DNA of 64,000 nt, taken from NCBI RefSeq assembly GCF_044647545.1, contig NZ_CP172818.1. One strand, 5' to 3'. Source of the DNA: Escherichia coli. Its GTDB lineage: Bacteria > Pseudomonadota > Gammaproteobacteria > Enterobacterales > Enterobacteriaceae. Position 1 is the first letter of the stretch. The number at the start of each line of letters is the position of its first letter. The notes beneath the pieces are model-generated. The model was not told the DNA's origin. It searched no databases and worked only from the letters and a program-made list of their open reading frames with translations. Below, in pieces: positions 38,936 through 49,613 of the stretch. Both the position numbers and the translations under genes were made by a program.

Positions 38936-40357
38936 TTAAACAATGTCCAGCGTGCCCAGGCGGTATTTCCGCTGATAGATAAACGAGGTGAGTACAATCG
39001 GGATGATGATGGCGATAGCCATTGCCAGCGCAAACACCTGCCAGTAGCTCGGTTGAATCGAGAGAATTCCCGGCAGGCCGCCTACGCCGATGCCATTCGC
39101 CATAACGCCGTTCAGGCCGCATAGCAATCCTGCCAGACCAGAACCAATCATCGCGCACAGCATCGGGAAGCGATATTTCAGGTTGATGCCGTACATTGCA
39201 GGCTCAGTGACCCCAAGCCAGGCGGAGATAGCGGCAGGCACGGAGATCTCGCGTTCATTGTGCTTGCGGCTGGAAATGATAATGCCTATCACGGCGGAGC
39301 CCTGAGCGATATTCGACAGCGCAATCAGCGGCCACACTGGCGTGCCACCCATGCTTTGAATCATCTGCAAATCAATAGCAAGGGTGGTCTGGTGTACGCC
39401 GGTGATCACCAGCGGCGCGTACAGGAAGCCAAACAATGCCGCACCAATCGGAGCAAAGCTGCCGGTCATCAGGTGACGTACCGCAAAGGCAACGCCATCG
39501 CCAATCATGCGACCAAACGGACCAATCAGCGCATGGGCGAGGAACACCGCGAGGATCAGCGAACAGACGGGTACCACCACCAGATAGAGGTAATCCGGCA
39601 CGATGCGTTTAAGGCGAGTTTCAATAACGCCCAGCGCCAGTCCGGCTAACAGTGCCGGGATCACCTGCGCCTGATAGCCTACTTTGGCGATGCTGAACAT
39701 GCCAAAGTCCCACACTTCCGGCAGCTGCTGCCCGAGCAGATAAGCGTTCATCAGCTGTGGAGAAACCAGTGTCACGCCAAGCACGATACCGAGGATCGGC
39801 GTGCCGCCCATTTTTTTCACCGCTGACCAGCAAATCCCGACCGGCAGGTAGAAGAAGATCGCTTCACCGATCAACCACAGAAAATCGTAGATCGTTTGCA
39901 GGGAAGGGTACATTTGCGCCAGCGTTTGACCGTTGCTCATGGGCAAATCGCCGATCACATTGCGAAAACCGAGGATCAAACCGCCGCTAATCAACGCGGG
40001 CAGCAACGGGAAGAAGATCTCCGCGAAATGAGAGATCAACTGCTCATGCCATTTCATATTCTGCCGGGCGGCTTTTTTTACCTGCTCTTTATCAACCTGC
40101 GCCTGTCCGGTTGACGCTATTAGTGCTTGATAGTAATCACCCACATTGGTGCCAATCACCACCTGAAATTGCCCGGCATTGGTGAAACAGCCTTTCACCA
40201 TGGGGAGTTGCTCAATTTCTTTCGGTCTGGCATTGGCCGGTTGGTTGAGGACAAAGCGCAGGCGAGTAATACAGTGGCTCACTGTCGCAATATTGCCGCG
40301 CCCGCCGACCAGTTCAATCAACCGATCGATATCCGTTTGGTTTATTTTGCTCATCAT
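38936..40357 (-). CDS. treB: PTS trehalose-specific EIIBC component
   Basis: 473 aa, N-terminal EIIB Cys motif (VSHCITRLR) then multi-TM EIIC. Confidence 0.9.
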   Translation of the reverse strand: MMSKINQTDIDRLIELVGGRGNIATVSHCITRLRFVLNQPANARPKEIEQLPMVKGCFTNAGQFQVVIGTNVGDYYQALIASTGQAQVDKEQVKKAARQNMKWHEQLISHFAEIFFPLLPALISGGLILGFRNVIGDLPMSNGQTLAQMYPSLQTIYDFLWLIGEAIFFYLPVGICWSAVKKMGGTPILGIVLGVTLVSPQLMNAYLLGQQLPEVWDFGMFSIAKVGYQAQVIPALLAGLALGVIETRLKRIVPDYLYLVVVPVCSLILAVFLAHALIGPFGRMIGDGVAFAVRHLMTGSFAPIGAALFGFLYAPLVITGVHQTTLAIDLQMIQSMGGTPVWPLIALSNIAQGSAVIGIIISSRKHNEREISVPAAISAWLGVTEPAMYGINLKYRFPMLCAMIGSGLAGLLCGLNGVMANGIGVGGLPGILSIQPSYWQVFALAMAIAIIIPIVLTSFIYQRKYRLGTLDIV

Positions 40358-40423
40358 AAAGCCCCATGGCAGATGACATTTTTGGTTGGCTGCAGAATAT
40401 ATTGCGCGGAAAAATTTAAAAAC

Positions 40424-40435
40424 GGGAACGTTCCC
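40424..40435. promoter_or_regulatory. Palindromic LacI-family operator candidate (TreR) in the treB promoter
   Basis: Perfect palindrome GGGAACGTTCCC; a second palindrome ATCGTTcaggaAACGAT lies at 40460-40476. Confidence 0.5.
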
Positions 40436-40475
40436 GAAACGCAGCGAAGATCACAATTTATCGTTCAGGAAACGA

Positions 40476-41423
40476 TCAGGACAGGGTGGCGGGGATGATG
40501 ATTTGTTGCGGTTCGCTGCGCCCGGTTACCTGTGCGATCAATTGGCAGGCCGCCTGGCGTCCAGCTTCGGCGTAACCGGGATCTACGGTGACGATCTCCG
40601 GATGGAGGAATTTCATTAACGGTGTATTACCGACGCTCGCCAGTTGCAAGGTGTCGATGCGTTGCTCTTGCAGGTATTTACTTGCGCCAAGTGCCAGCGT
40701 GTCGGTTGCGCACAGTAACGCAGTAGTTTCAGGCGTAATCACTTTTGCCACGTTCTCATAGCCTTGCTTCATAGCAAGCCCTGGCAGAGCGGCAACGGGA
40801 TGCAGTTTATGCGCTTTGCAGAACGCCAGGTAGGCTTCGTGACGTCGCTTACCGGTTGTCACGTCACTATGCGGCACGCCGAGATAACTGATATTACGAT
40901 GCCCCTGGTCATACAGCCGTTGCATCAGGATCTTGATTGCCCCTTCGTCGTCATAACAGACCGAAGCAAAGCCTTTTGCGTCACGCGCCAGCAGAACCAG
41001 CGATGACTGCCAGTGGGCTAACATTTCTTCTGTTATGCCAGTAAAACCGAACAGCACTACGCCGTCGATATTACGCCGTTTCAGCACCCCCAAATGTTCG
41101 GCAACTAATTGTGGGGAAAACTGACTTTCCATCATGATTGGGTCGTAACCTTGTTCATAGAACGCTGGCAGCATGGTTTGAACGGCGAGATTTTCTGACA
41201 ACGAATCCAGACGGGTAACAATGATGGCGACCACTTTATCGCTTTGCCCACGCATAGCGCGCGCAGAGCGGGAAGGGGAAAATCCATGCTGATTCATCAC
41301 TGCTTCAACACGCTCGCGGGTGCGCTGGCTCACGCCGCTTTCGTTATTCAGCACCCGGGAAACTGTAGATTTCCCCACGCCGCTTAAGCGTGCGATGTCT
41401 TTGATGGTCAGCCGATTTTGCAT
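40476..41423 (-). CDS. treR: Trehalose operon repressor (LacI family)
   Basis: 315 aa with N-terminal HTH MQNRLTIKDIARLSGVGKSTVSRVLNN... Confidence 0.9.
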   Translation of the reverse strand: MQNRLTIKDIARLSGVGKSTVSRVLNNESGVSQRTRERVEAVMNQHGFSPSRSARAMRGQSDKVVAIIVTRLDSLSENLAVQTMLPAFYEQGYDPIMMESQFSPQLVAEHLGVLKRRNIDGVVLFGFTGITEEMLAHWQSSLVLLARDAKGFASVCYDDEGAIKILMQRLYDQGHRNISYLGVPHSDVTTGKRRHEAYLAFCKAHKLHPVAALPGLAMKQGYENVAKVITPETTALLCATDTLALGASKYLQEQRIDTLQLASVGNTPLMKFLHPEIVTVDPGYAEAGRQAACQLIAQVTGRSEPQQIIIPATLS

Positions 41424-41498
41424 CCTGTTGTCCTGTAACGTGTTGTTTAATTATTTGAGCCTAACTTTACCCGTGCATTCAGCAATGGGTAAAGTCTG

Positions 41499-41515
41499 GT
41501 TTATCGTTGGTTTAG
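41499..41515 (+). promoter_or_regulatory. PhoP box of the mgtLA promoter
   Basis: Direct repeat GGTTTAtcgttGGTTTA. Confidence 0.65.
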
Positions 41516-41519
41516 TTGC

Positions 41520-41801
41520 CAGCAGGTATTATATCGCCATAGATGCTACGAATATTATTGGATTCTCCTTATTATTTGCGGCGCTTTTTTCACTTACCGG
41601 AGGTTATATGGAACCTGATCCCACGCCTCTCCCTCGACGGAGATTAAAACTTTTCCGGTAAGCCCGTCTTTTCACGGCGTTACCGGATGCGTAAGGCCGT
41701 GACGTTTTAACGTCCCTGCTCAGCTTTATTACCTTCAGGTAAGGCTTCGCCACGCCTGAAGACATTTCTGTACTGTTTCAGACAGTGCGGAGGGACTCCT
41801 T
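41520..41801 (+). promoter_or_regulatory. mgtA 5' leader (Mg2+/proline-sensing RNA containing the mgtL leader ORF)
   Basis: Long untranslated leader between the PhoP box and the mgtA ATG, with an embedded proline-rich mini-ORF. Confidence 0.6.
41608..41661 (+). CDS. mgtL: Leader peptide MgtL
   Basis: 17 aa [17 protein letters not shown] with RBS GGAGG. Confidence 0.7.
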
Positions 41802-44498
41802 ATGTTTAAAGAAATTTTTACCCGGCTCATTCGCCATTTACCTTCCCGTCTGGTTCATCGCGATCCATTGCCTGGCGCGCAGCAGACAGTGAATACGGCG
41901 GTCCCGCCGTCCTTAAGTGCGCATTGCCTGAAAATGGCGGTGATGCCCGAAGAAGAATTATGGAAAACGTTCGACACCCATCCGGAAGGGTTAAATCAGG
42001 CGGAAGTGGAATCTGCCCGCGAACAACATGGTGAAAATAAATTACCCGCACAACAACCGTCGCCGTGGTGGGTACATTTATGGGTCTGCTATCGCAACCC
42101 ATTTAATATTTTACTCACCATTCTCGGCGCTATTTCTTACGCCACGGAAGATTTATTTGCCGCGGGCGTTATCGCGCTAATGGTCGCTATTTCTACGTTG
42201 CTGAACTTTATTCAGGAAGCACGTTCCACTAAAGCGGCAGATGCCCTGAAAGCGATGGTCAGCAATACTGCGACGGTGCTGCGCGTAATTAACGACAAAG
42301 GCGAAAATGGCTGGCTGGAGATCCCGATCGACCAGCTGGTGCCCGGCGATATTATAAAACTGGCGGCGGGGGATATGATCCCGGCAGATTTACGTATCTT
42401 GCAGGCGCGGGATCTGTTCGTCGCTCAGGCGTCGTTAACCGGTGAGTCTCTGCCCGTAGAAAAAGCAGCTACCACTCGCCAGCCGGAGCACAGCAATCCG
42501 CTGGAGTGCGACACCCTGTGTTTTATGGGCACCACCGTGGTGAGCGGCACGGCACAAGCAATGGTGATTGCTACAGGTGCCAATACCTGGTTTGGTCAAC
42601 TGGCGGGGCGTGTTAGTGAGCAGGAAAGCGAGCCGAATGCCTTTCAGCAAGGGATCAGCCGCGTCAGTATGCTGCTGATTCGCTTTATGCTGGTGATGGC
42701 TCCGGTGGTGCTGTTAATCAATGGTTACACCAAAGGCGACTGGTGGGAAGCGGCACTGTTTGCGCTTTCGGTCGCGGTAGGCTTAACGCCGGAAATGTTG
42801 CCGATGATTGTTACCTCGACGCTGGCGCGCGGCGCAGTAAAGCTGTCGAAACAGAAAGTGATCGTCAAACATCTGGATGCTATTCAGAACTTTGGCGCAA
42901 TGGATATTCTGTGCACTGATAAAACTGGCACCCTGACACAGGACAAAATTGTGCTGGAGAATCATACCGATATCTCCGGTAAAACCAGCGAACGCGTGCT
43001 GCATAGCGCGTGGTTGAACAGTCATTATCAGACCGGACTTAAAAACCTGCTCGATACAGCGGTGCTCGAAGGTACGGATGAAGAGTCAGCGCGCTCGCTG
43101 GCCAGTCGTTGGCAAAAAATCGATGAGATTCCGTTTGATTTCGAGCGTCGCCGGATGTCGGTGGTAGTGGCAGAAAATACCGAGCACCATCAGCTGGTTT
43201 GCAAAGGTGCATTGCAGGAAATCCTCAATGTGTGTTCGCAGGTGCGTCACAATGGCGAGATTGTGCCGCTCGATGACATCATGCTGCGTAAGATTAAGCG
43301 GGTTACTGATACGCTGAATCGTCAGGGGCTGCGCGTGGTTGCGGTGGCGACGAAATACCTGCCAGCGCGTGAAGGAGATTACCAGCGGGCGGATGAATCC
43401 GACCTGATCCTCGAAGGATATATTGCTTTCCTTGATCCGCCAAAAGAGACAACTGCTCCGGCACTGAAGGCATTAAAAGCGAGTGGAATTACCGTAAAAA
43501 TCCTTACTGGCGACAGTGAGTTAGTTGCAGCGAAAGTGTGCCATGAAGTGGGGCTGGACGCGGGAGAGGTGGTCATTGGTAGTGATATTGAAACGCTATC
43601 TGACGACGAACTGGCAAATCTCGCACAGCGCACCACGCTGTTTGCTCGTCTGACGCCGATGCATAAAGAACGCATTGTGACCTTACTGAAGCGCGAAGGG
43701 CATGTGGTTGGCTTTATGGGCGATGGTATTAATGATGCGCCCGCCTTACGCGCTGCGGATATCGGCATTTCTGTGGATGGCGCGGTAGATATAGCCCGTG
43801 AAGCGGCTGATATCATCCTGCTGGAAAAAAGCCTGATGGTGCTGGAAGAGGGGGTTATTGAGGGACGTCGCACTTTCGCCAACATGCTGAAATACATCAA
43901 AATGACGGCGAGCTCTAACTTCGGTAATGTGTTCAGCGTGCTGGTAGCGAGTGCTTTCTTGCCCTTCCTGCCGATGTTGCCGTTACACTTGCTTATTCAG
44001 AACCTGCTGTACGATGTGTCACAGGTGGCGATCCCGTTTGATAACGTCGACGACGAGCAAATTCAAAAGCCGCAACGTTGGAATCCGGCGGATCTGGGGC
44101 GCTTTATGATCTTCTTCGGACCGATCAGCTCGATCTTCGATATTCTGACGTTTTGCCTGATGTGGTGGGTATTCCATGCCAACACGCCGGAAACGCAAAC
44201 GCTGTTCCAGTCGGGATGGTTTGTGGTGGGCTTACTGTCGCAAACGCTGATTGTGCATATGATCCGTACCCGCCGTGTGCCGTTTATTCAGAGCTGTGCA
44301 TCGTGGCCGTTAATGATCATGACCGTGATCGTGATGATTGTCGGGATCGCATTGCCGTTTTCACCGCTGGCCAGTTATCTGCAGCTGCAGGCGCTGCCGT
44401 TAAGCTATTTCCCGTGGCTGGTTGCGATTCTGGCAGGGTATATGACGTTAACCCAGTTGGTGAAAGGATTTTATAGCCGTCGTTACGGCTGGCAATAA
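41802..44498 (+). CDS. mgtA: Mg2+-importing P-type ATPase MgtA
   Basis: 898 aa, DKTGTLT phosphorylation motif, GDGINDAPAL hinge. Confidence 0.95.
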   Translation: MFKEIFTRLIRHLPSRLVHRDPLPGAQQTVNTAVPPSLSAHCLKMAVMPEEELWKTFDTHPEGLNQAEVESAREQHGENKLPAQQPSPWWVHLWVCYRNPFNILLTILGAISYATEDLFAAGVIALMVAISTLLNFIQEARSTKAADALKAMVSNTATVLRVINDKGENGWLEIPIDQLVPGDIIKLAAGDMIPADLRILQARDLFVAQASLTGESLPVEKAATTRQPEHSNPLECDTLCFMGTTVVSGTAQAMVIATGANTWFGQLAGRVSEQESEPNAFQQGISRVSMLLIRFMLVMAPVVLLINGYTKGDWWEAALFALSVAVGLTPEMLPMIVTSTLARGAVKLSKQKVIVKHLDAIQNFGAMDILCTDKTGTLTQDKIVLENHTDISGKTSERVLHSAWLNSHYQTGLKNLLDTAVLEGTDEESARSLASRWQKIDEIPFDFERRRMSVVVAENTEHHQLVCKGALQEILNVCSQVRHNGEIVPLDDIMLRKIKRVTDTLNRQGLRVVAVATKYLPAREGDYQRADESDLILEGYIAFLDPPKETTAPALKALKASGITVKILTGDSELVAAKVCHEVGLDAGEVVIGSDIETLSDDELANLAQRTTLFARLTPMHKERIVTLLKREGHVVGFMGDGINDAPALRAADIGISVDGAVDIAREAADIILLEKSLMVLEEGVIEGRRTFANMLKYIKMTASSNFGNVFSVLVASAFLPFLPMLPLHLLIQNLLYDVSQVAIPFDNVDDEQIQKPQRWNPADLGRFMIFFGPISSIFDILTFCLMWWVFHANTPETQTLFQSGWFVVGLLSQTLIVHMIRTRRVPFIQSCASWPLMIMTVIVMIVGIALPFSPLASYLQLQALPLSYFPWLVAILAGYMTLTQLVKGFYSRRYGWQ

Positions 44499-44548
44499 AG
44501 AATAAACTGGGCACGATAGCCCCGATTCAGATTGTAGACAAAGTAAGC

Positions 44549-44650
44549 TTTGTTCATGCCGGATGCGGCGTAAATGCCTTATCCGGCCAACAAATTCAAT
44601 AAATTGCAGGAATCACGTAGGCCTGATAAGCGTAGCGCATCAGGCGATTT
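44549..44650. repeat. REP/BIME cluster between mgtA and ridA
   Basis: GCCGGATGCGGCG, TTATCCGGCC, GTAGGCCTGATAAGCGTAGCGCATCAGGCG units. Confidence 0.6.
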
Positions 44651-44703
44651 TGCGTTTGTCATCAGACTTAATCCGGGCATGATAGCCCGGATTTCCATCA
44701 AGA

Positions 44704-45090
44704 TTAGCGACGAACAGCGATCGCTTCGATCTCAATTTTTACGTCTTTCGGCAGACGGGCAACTTCAACGCAAGAACGTGCCGGGAAGGTGGCGTTGTGT
44801 TCGGTGAAGAAGGCTTCGTAAGTGGCGTTTACGGTTGCGAAGTCGTTCAGATCTTTCACAAACACGGTGGTTTTAACGATATCGCCCACTTTCAGGCCAG
44901 CGGCTTCGACAATCGCTTTTACGTTATCCAGCGACTGACGTGCCTGTGCAGCGACGTCTGCCGGTACTTCACCCGTTTTCGGATTTACCGGGATCTGACC
45001 GGAGGTGATGATCATATTGCCCAGATCAACGCCCTGTACGTAAGGACCGATAGCTGCCGGTGCATTTTCCGTCGCGATAGTTTTGCTCAT
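44704..45090 (-). CDS. ridA: 2-iminobutanoate/2-iminopropanoate deaminase RidA (YjgF family)
   Basis: 128 aa from MSKTIATENAPAAIGPYVQG...; the 45162 ORF is a 5' extension. Confidence 0.9.
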   Translation of the reverse strand: MSKTIATENAPAAIGPYVQGVDLGNMIITSGQIPVNPKTGEVPADVAAQARQSLDNVKAIVEAAGLKVGDIVKTTVFVKDLNDFATVNATYEAFFTEHNATFPARSCVEVARLPKDVKIEIEAIAVRR

Positions 45091-45162
45091 GATTTCTCCT
45101 TTATTACAGCGGTAAAAAGTCTGGCTCATTATAGGGAGCCAGACTTTTATTACCAACCGCAA

Positions 45163-45624
45163 TTAATTGGCCAGCACCACATTATGGGAAAACTCTTTTT
45201 CACAGTATTTGCATTTGAGCGCGATGTCATTGGCGCGTTTTCGCACGGCAAAGCTGGAAGAAACCGGTTCGGCATGGCTGATACAGTTGCTGTTCGGGCA
45301 GACCAGCACATTGTCGATGCGCTCCGGCAGACTGGGGCGCGATTTGCCAACCACTTCATAGTTGTCGATACGGTTAACCGTGGCTTGCGGTGCATACAAT
45401 GCCAGTTGGTCTACTTGATCTTCACTCAAAAAGGTATTTTCGATTTTGATCAGATCTTTGCGGCCCATCTCGCCAGAAGGCAGGTTCAGACCAATGGTGA
45501 TGCGCTGATCCGTTTCGGTCAGCTTGAACAAACTCAACAGCTTAAAACCGATCTGGGCGGGGATATGGTCAATTACCGTGCCGCGTTTAATAGCTTCAAC
45601 CTGCAATTTATTATCGTGTGTCAT
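45163..45624 (-). CDS. pyrI: Aspartate carbamoyltransferase regulatory subunit
   Basis: 153 aa, C-terminal zinc Cys cluster (CPNSNCISH...CKYC). Confidence 0.95.
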
Positions 45625-45636
45625 CTCTATTCCCCC

Positions 45637-46572
45637 TTACAGTACCAGATCGCGATTCAGAACCAGTGCCAGTAACGCCTGGCGAGCGAAAATCCCGTTT
45701 CCTGCCTGCTGGAAGTACCAGGCGTGTGGCGTTTTATCAACATCCGTCGCAATCTCATCAACACGCGGCAGCGGATGCAGCACTTTCATATTGGCTTTGG
45801 CGTTGTGAAGATCGCTGGCGCGAAGAACAAACTGCGCTTTCACGTTGGCGTACTCGGACGGGTCCAGACGCTCTTTTTGCACGCGAGTCATGTACAGGAT
45901 GTCTACTTCCGCCATCACTTCTTCAATAGAGCTGTGCAGACTCCAGGCGATCCCTTTTTCATCGAGCATATCAAGGATGTATTGCGGCATTGCCAGCGCG
46001 TCCGGCGCGATGAAGTAAAAACGGTTGCCGTCGAACTTCGCTAACGCCTGAGTCAGGGAGTGAACGGTGCGGCCATATTTCAGGTCACCAACCATTGCGA
46101 CGTGGAGATTGTCCAGACGTCCCTGGGTTTCCTGAATGGTGAATAAGTCCAGCAAGGTTTGCGTCGGATGTTGGTTGGAGCCATCACCGGCATTCAGTAC
46201 CGGTACATTGCCAGAAAATTCGGTGGCCAGGCGCGCCGCACCTTCCTGCGGATGACGCATCACTATCGCATCGACGTAAGTGCTGATAACCGAAATGGTA
46301 TCGGCCAGCGTTTCGCCTTTTTTACCCAGTGATGTATTGGCGCTGTCGGAGAAGCCCACCACGCTGGCACCCAGGCGGTGCATGGAAGTTTCGAAAGAGA
46401 GGCGGGTACGGGTAGAGGCTTCGAAGAAACAGCTGGCAATGACTTTGTGCTTCAACAGCTCTGGTTGCGGGTTTGCTTTCAGTTTCGCCGCTGTCGCCAG
46501 CACCAGATTAAGGTCATCGCGACTAAGGTCGTTTATGGAAATGATATGTTTCTGATATAGCGGATTAGCCAT
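45637..46572 (-). CDS. pyrB: Aspartate carbamoyltransferase catalytic subunit
   Basis: 311 aa [21 protein letters not shown]..., STRTR motif. Confidence 0.95.
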
Positions 46573-46575
46573 CTT

Positions 46576-46710
46576 TTATCTCCTGACGCCTGGGCAAAAA
46601 AAAGCCCCTCGATTGAGGGGCTGGGAATGGGTGATCAACGGGAAGAAAAACGGCAGGCCAGCGTCTTTTTTCAGACGCGGTAAGACAAAATGTCGAACAC
46701 ACTGAACCAT
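46576..46710 (-). CDS. pyrL: pyrBI operon leader peptide
   Basis: 44 aa MVQCVRHFVLPRLKKDAGLPFFFPLITHSQPLNRGAFFCPGVRR ending 4 nt before pyrB. Confidence 0.8.
   Translation of the reverse strand: MVQCVRHFVLPRLKKDAGLPFFFPLITHSQPLNRGAFFCPGVRR
46593..46622 (-). terminator. pyrBI attenuator (intrinsic terminator within the leader)
   Basis: Minus strand GCCCCTCaatcGAGGGGC followed by TTTTTTTT. Confidence 0.75.
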
Positions 46711-46990
46711 ACATCCTCCCGGCAAATTGTCCGGCATTATACTCATAGCCAGAAGCGGTGCAAGCATTTGATGCAATATTTTGTCAGCGCAAACGGTTTA
46801 TTTGAATCAAAAGTCAAAATGTATGCATTTTTATTTGCTGTGATTCTGGAGGAGAACTGTCGTTCGGTATCAATAATTGCAGACATTTCCTGCTTTTTTC
46901 TTTTTCACTTTCACCCAATCAGATATGCATTTTATTCCATTCATCCGACTTATAGGGCGGAGTGTGAAAACGAACGGCTAACACTATTGC

Positions 46991-47386
46991 TTACTGCGCA
47001 GGGATGCGCGCTATCACTTTAATTTCAAAATCAAAGCCTGCCAGCCAGGTAACACCCACCGCCGTCCAGGTTGGATAAGGTGGGGCGCTAAATATTTCAT
47101 TTTTCACCGTCATGATGTCTTCAAATTGTTTTTCTGGATCGGTATGAAAGCTCGTAACATCAATGATATCGTCAAAAGTGCATCCCGCAGCTGCCAGGGT
47201 CGCATGCAAATTATCAAATGCCAGTCTGACTTGTTGCTGAAAATCGGGTTCTGGTGTTCCGTCCTCTCGACTTCCTACTTGCCCGGAAACAAACAGCAAA
47301 TCGCCGGAACGAATAGCCGCAGAATAACGATGCTCAGCATACAGTGAATGTCGGCCAGCAGGGAAAACAGCGGTTCTTTCTACCAT
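46991..47386 (-). CDS. yjgH: RidA/RutC-family protein YjgH
   Basis: 131 aa, YjgF/chorismate-mutase-like fold sequence. Confidence 0.8.
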   Translation of the reverse strand: MVERTAVFPAGRHSLYAEHRYSAAIRSGDLLFVSGQVGSREDGTPEPDFQQQVRLAFDNLHATLAAAGCTFDDIIDVTSFHTDPEKQFEDIMTVKNEIFSAPPYPTWTAVGVTWLAGFDFEIKVIARIPAQ

Positions 47387-47516
47387 TTGGTTATCCTCAA
47401 GATTTACGACATGAACAGAAGATTTATATTTACCGGGAGCCGCTTTTAGGGAATGACGTTAGTAAACAAAACCCAGATATCATGGATAATGGCTGGGCTT
47501 AATTGAGCGTAGTCGG

Positions 47517-48230
47517 TTATGCGCCAAACGCGCCATCAATGGTATGCATCGCGCCGGTAACAAAACTGGCTTCTGGCCCTGCTAACCATGCGACCATTCC
47601 AGCGACCTCTTCCGGTTGCCCATGTCTTTTGATAGCCATAAAACCATGCAACATATCGCGCATTGGCCCGTTGGCGGGATTAGCGTCGGTATCTATTGGC
47701 CCTGGCTGGACGACGTTGATGGTGATCCCACACGGTCCAAAATCACGGGCCAGCCCGCGCGCCATGCCTTGCAGGGCAGATTTACTGGCGGCATAAGCAG
47801 CCATGCCTGCAACAGGCATACGATCGCCATTCACGGAGCCGATGATTAAGATGCGCCCGCCTTCGGGCATCTGCCGGGCGGCTTCAACAGAGGCATGGTA
47901 AGGGGCATGAATATTGATTTTGAAAAGGCGATCAATATCGTCGGCATTTAATTCCAGGGCATTGCCAAAGACGCCAATACCTGCATTTACCACCAGGATA
48001 TCCAATGCGCCGCTCTTACGAACGACATCAATAACAGCGTCTCTGTCAGCACTATCTGTGAATACTGCTGTCGCTCCAGTCTCATGTGCCAGGCGTTCAG
48101 CGGCATCTTTCGACCCCGCATAGGTGAATCGTACATTGGCTCCATCGGTGACGAAACGACGTACGATAGCGGCACCGATTCCACGGCTGCCACCGAGGAT
48201 GAGAACTGTCTTACCGGTAAAAGCGCCCAT
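47517..48230 (-). CDS. bdcA: Short-chain dehydrogenase/reductase BdcA (c-di-GMP-binding biofilm dispersal mediator)
   Basis: 237 aa from MGAFTGKTVLILGGSRGIGAAI... (SDR Rossmann motif); the 48308 ORF is a 5' extension. Confidence 0.85.
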   Translation of the reverse strand: MGAFTGKTVLILGGSRGIGAAIVRRFVTDGANVRFTYAGSKDAAERLAHETGATAVFTDSADRDAVIDVVRKSGALDILVVNAGIGVFGNALELNADDIDRLFKINIHAPYHASVEAARQMPEGGRILIIGSVNGDRMPVAGMAAYAASKSALQGMARGLARDFGPCGITINVVQPGPIDTDANPANGPMRDMLHGFMAIKRHGQPEEVAGMVAWLAGPEASFVTGAMHTIDGAFGA

Positions 48231-48260
48231 AAGGACTCCTTGATTTATTATGTAGCATGC

Positions 48261-48300
48261 ATTACAAAACTGTTTTAACTTTCTGTCAACAAGTTTTGTA
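48261..48300. promoter_or_regulatory. Imperfect palindrome in the bdcA/bdcR divergent region (candidate TetR-type operator)
   Basis: TACAAAACTGttttaactttctgtcaaCAAGTTTTGTA, arms near reverse-complementary, ending at the bdcR start. Confidence 0.4.
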
Positions 48301-48894
48301 ATGGTCACTAAAAAACAATCTCGTGTTCCAGGTCGTCCCAGACGTTTCGCTCCTGAGCAGGCAGTCTCTGCGGCAAAAGTGCTTTTTCACCAAAAAGGTT
48401 TCGATGCAGTCAGTGTTGCTGAAGTTACTGATTATCTTGGTATTAACCCCCCGAGCCTCTACGCGGCTTTTGGCAGTAAGGCTGGGTTGTTTAGCCGTGT
48501 ACTCAATGAATATGTCGGTACGGAAGCTATTCCGCTTGCCGATATTCTTCGTGATGATCGTCCGGTAGGCGAGTGCCTGGTTGAGGTATTAAAAGAAGCG
48601 GCGCGCAGATATAGCCAAAACGGCGGCTGCGCTGGCTGTATGGTTCTTGAAGGTATTCATAGTCATGATCCACAAGCGCGTGATATTGCCGTTCAATATT
48701 ATCACGCCGCAGAAACGACCATTTATGACTATATCGCCAGGCGGCATCCACAAAGCGCACAATGTGTGACTGATTTTATGAGTACCGTGATGTCAGGGCT
48801 TTCTGCGAAGGCACGGGAGGGGCACTCCATCGAACAACTCTGTGCAACAGCTGCCCTGGCGGGGGAAGCGATAAAAACTCTTCTCAAGGAGTGA
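48301..48894 (+). CDS. bdcR: TetR-family transcriptional regulator BdcR
   Basis: 197 aa, N-terminal TetR HTH (...FHQKGFDAVSVAEVTDYLGINPPSLYAAF...). Confidence 0.8.
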   Translation: MVTKKQSRVPGRPRRFAPEQAVSAAKVLFHQKGFDAVSVAEVTDYLGINPPSLYAAFGSKAGLFSRVLNEYVGTEAIPLADILRDDRPVGECLVEVLKEAARRYSQNGGCAGCMVLEGIHSHDPQARDIAVQYYHAAETTIYDYIARRHPQSAQCVTDFMSTVMSGLSAKAREGHSIEQLCATAALAGEAIKTLLKE

Positions 48895-49026
48895 TGCTGG
48901 CCTTGATCCGAAAGGCGGGAACGCGCCTGCCGATAAGTTGTGATAAGACAATAATTCACGCGTTAAGGCTGGCGGAATTGATCATCTTTTCGTATAACGA
49001 TAGAAATGAAACATTGTTTTAATTAA

Positions 49027-49491
<465 letters not shown>

Positions 49492-49613
49492 TGACTTTTC
49501 GCCGTAAATAACTCCAGGTTTACGGCGAGTTTGTGAAAAGAGCGTTTTTTGATATTTTTTTGTGAGTAAAATTTGTAATGCTTAGACGTTCTTATTAACT
49601 CAAGGAGTTCGTC

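Noticed and set aside
44797..45675. 292-aa plus-strand ORF
   Set aside because: Runs antisense across ridA and pyrI, both confidently identified; shadow ORF.
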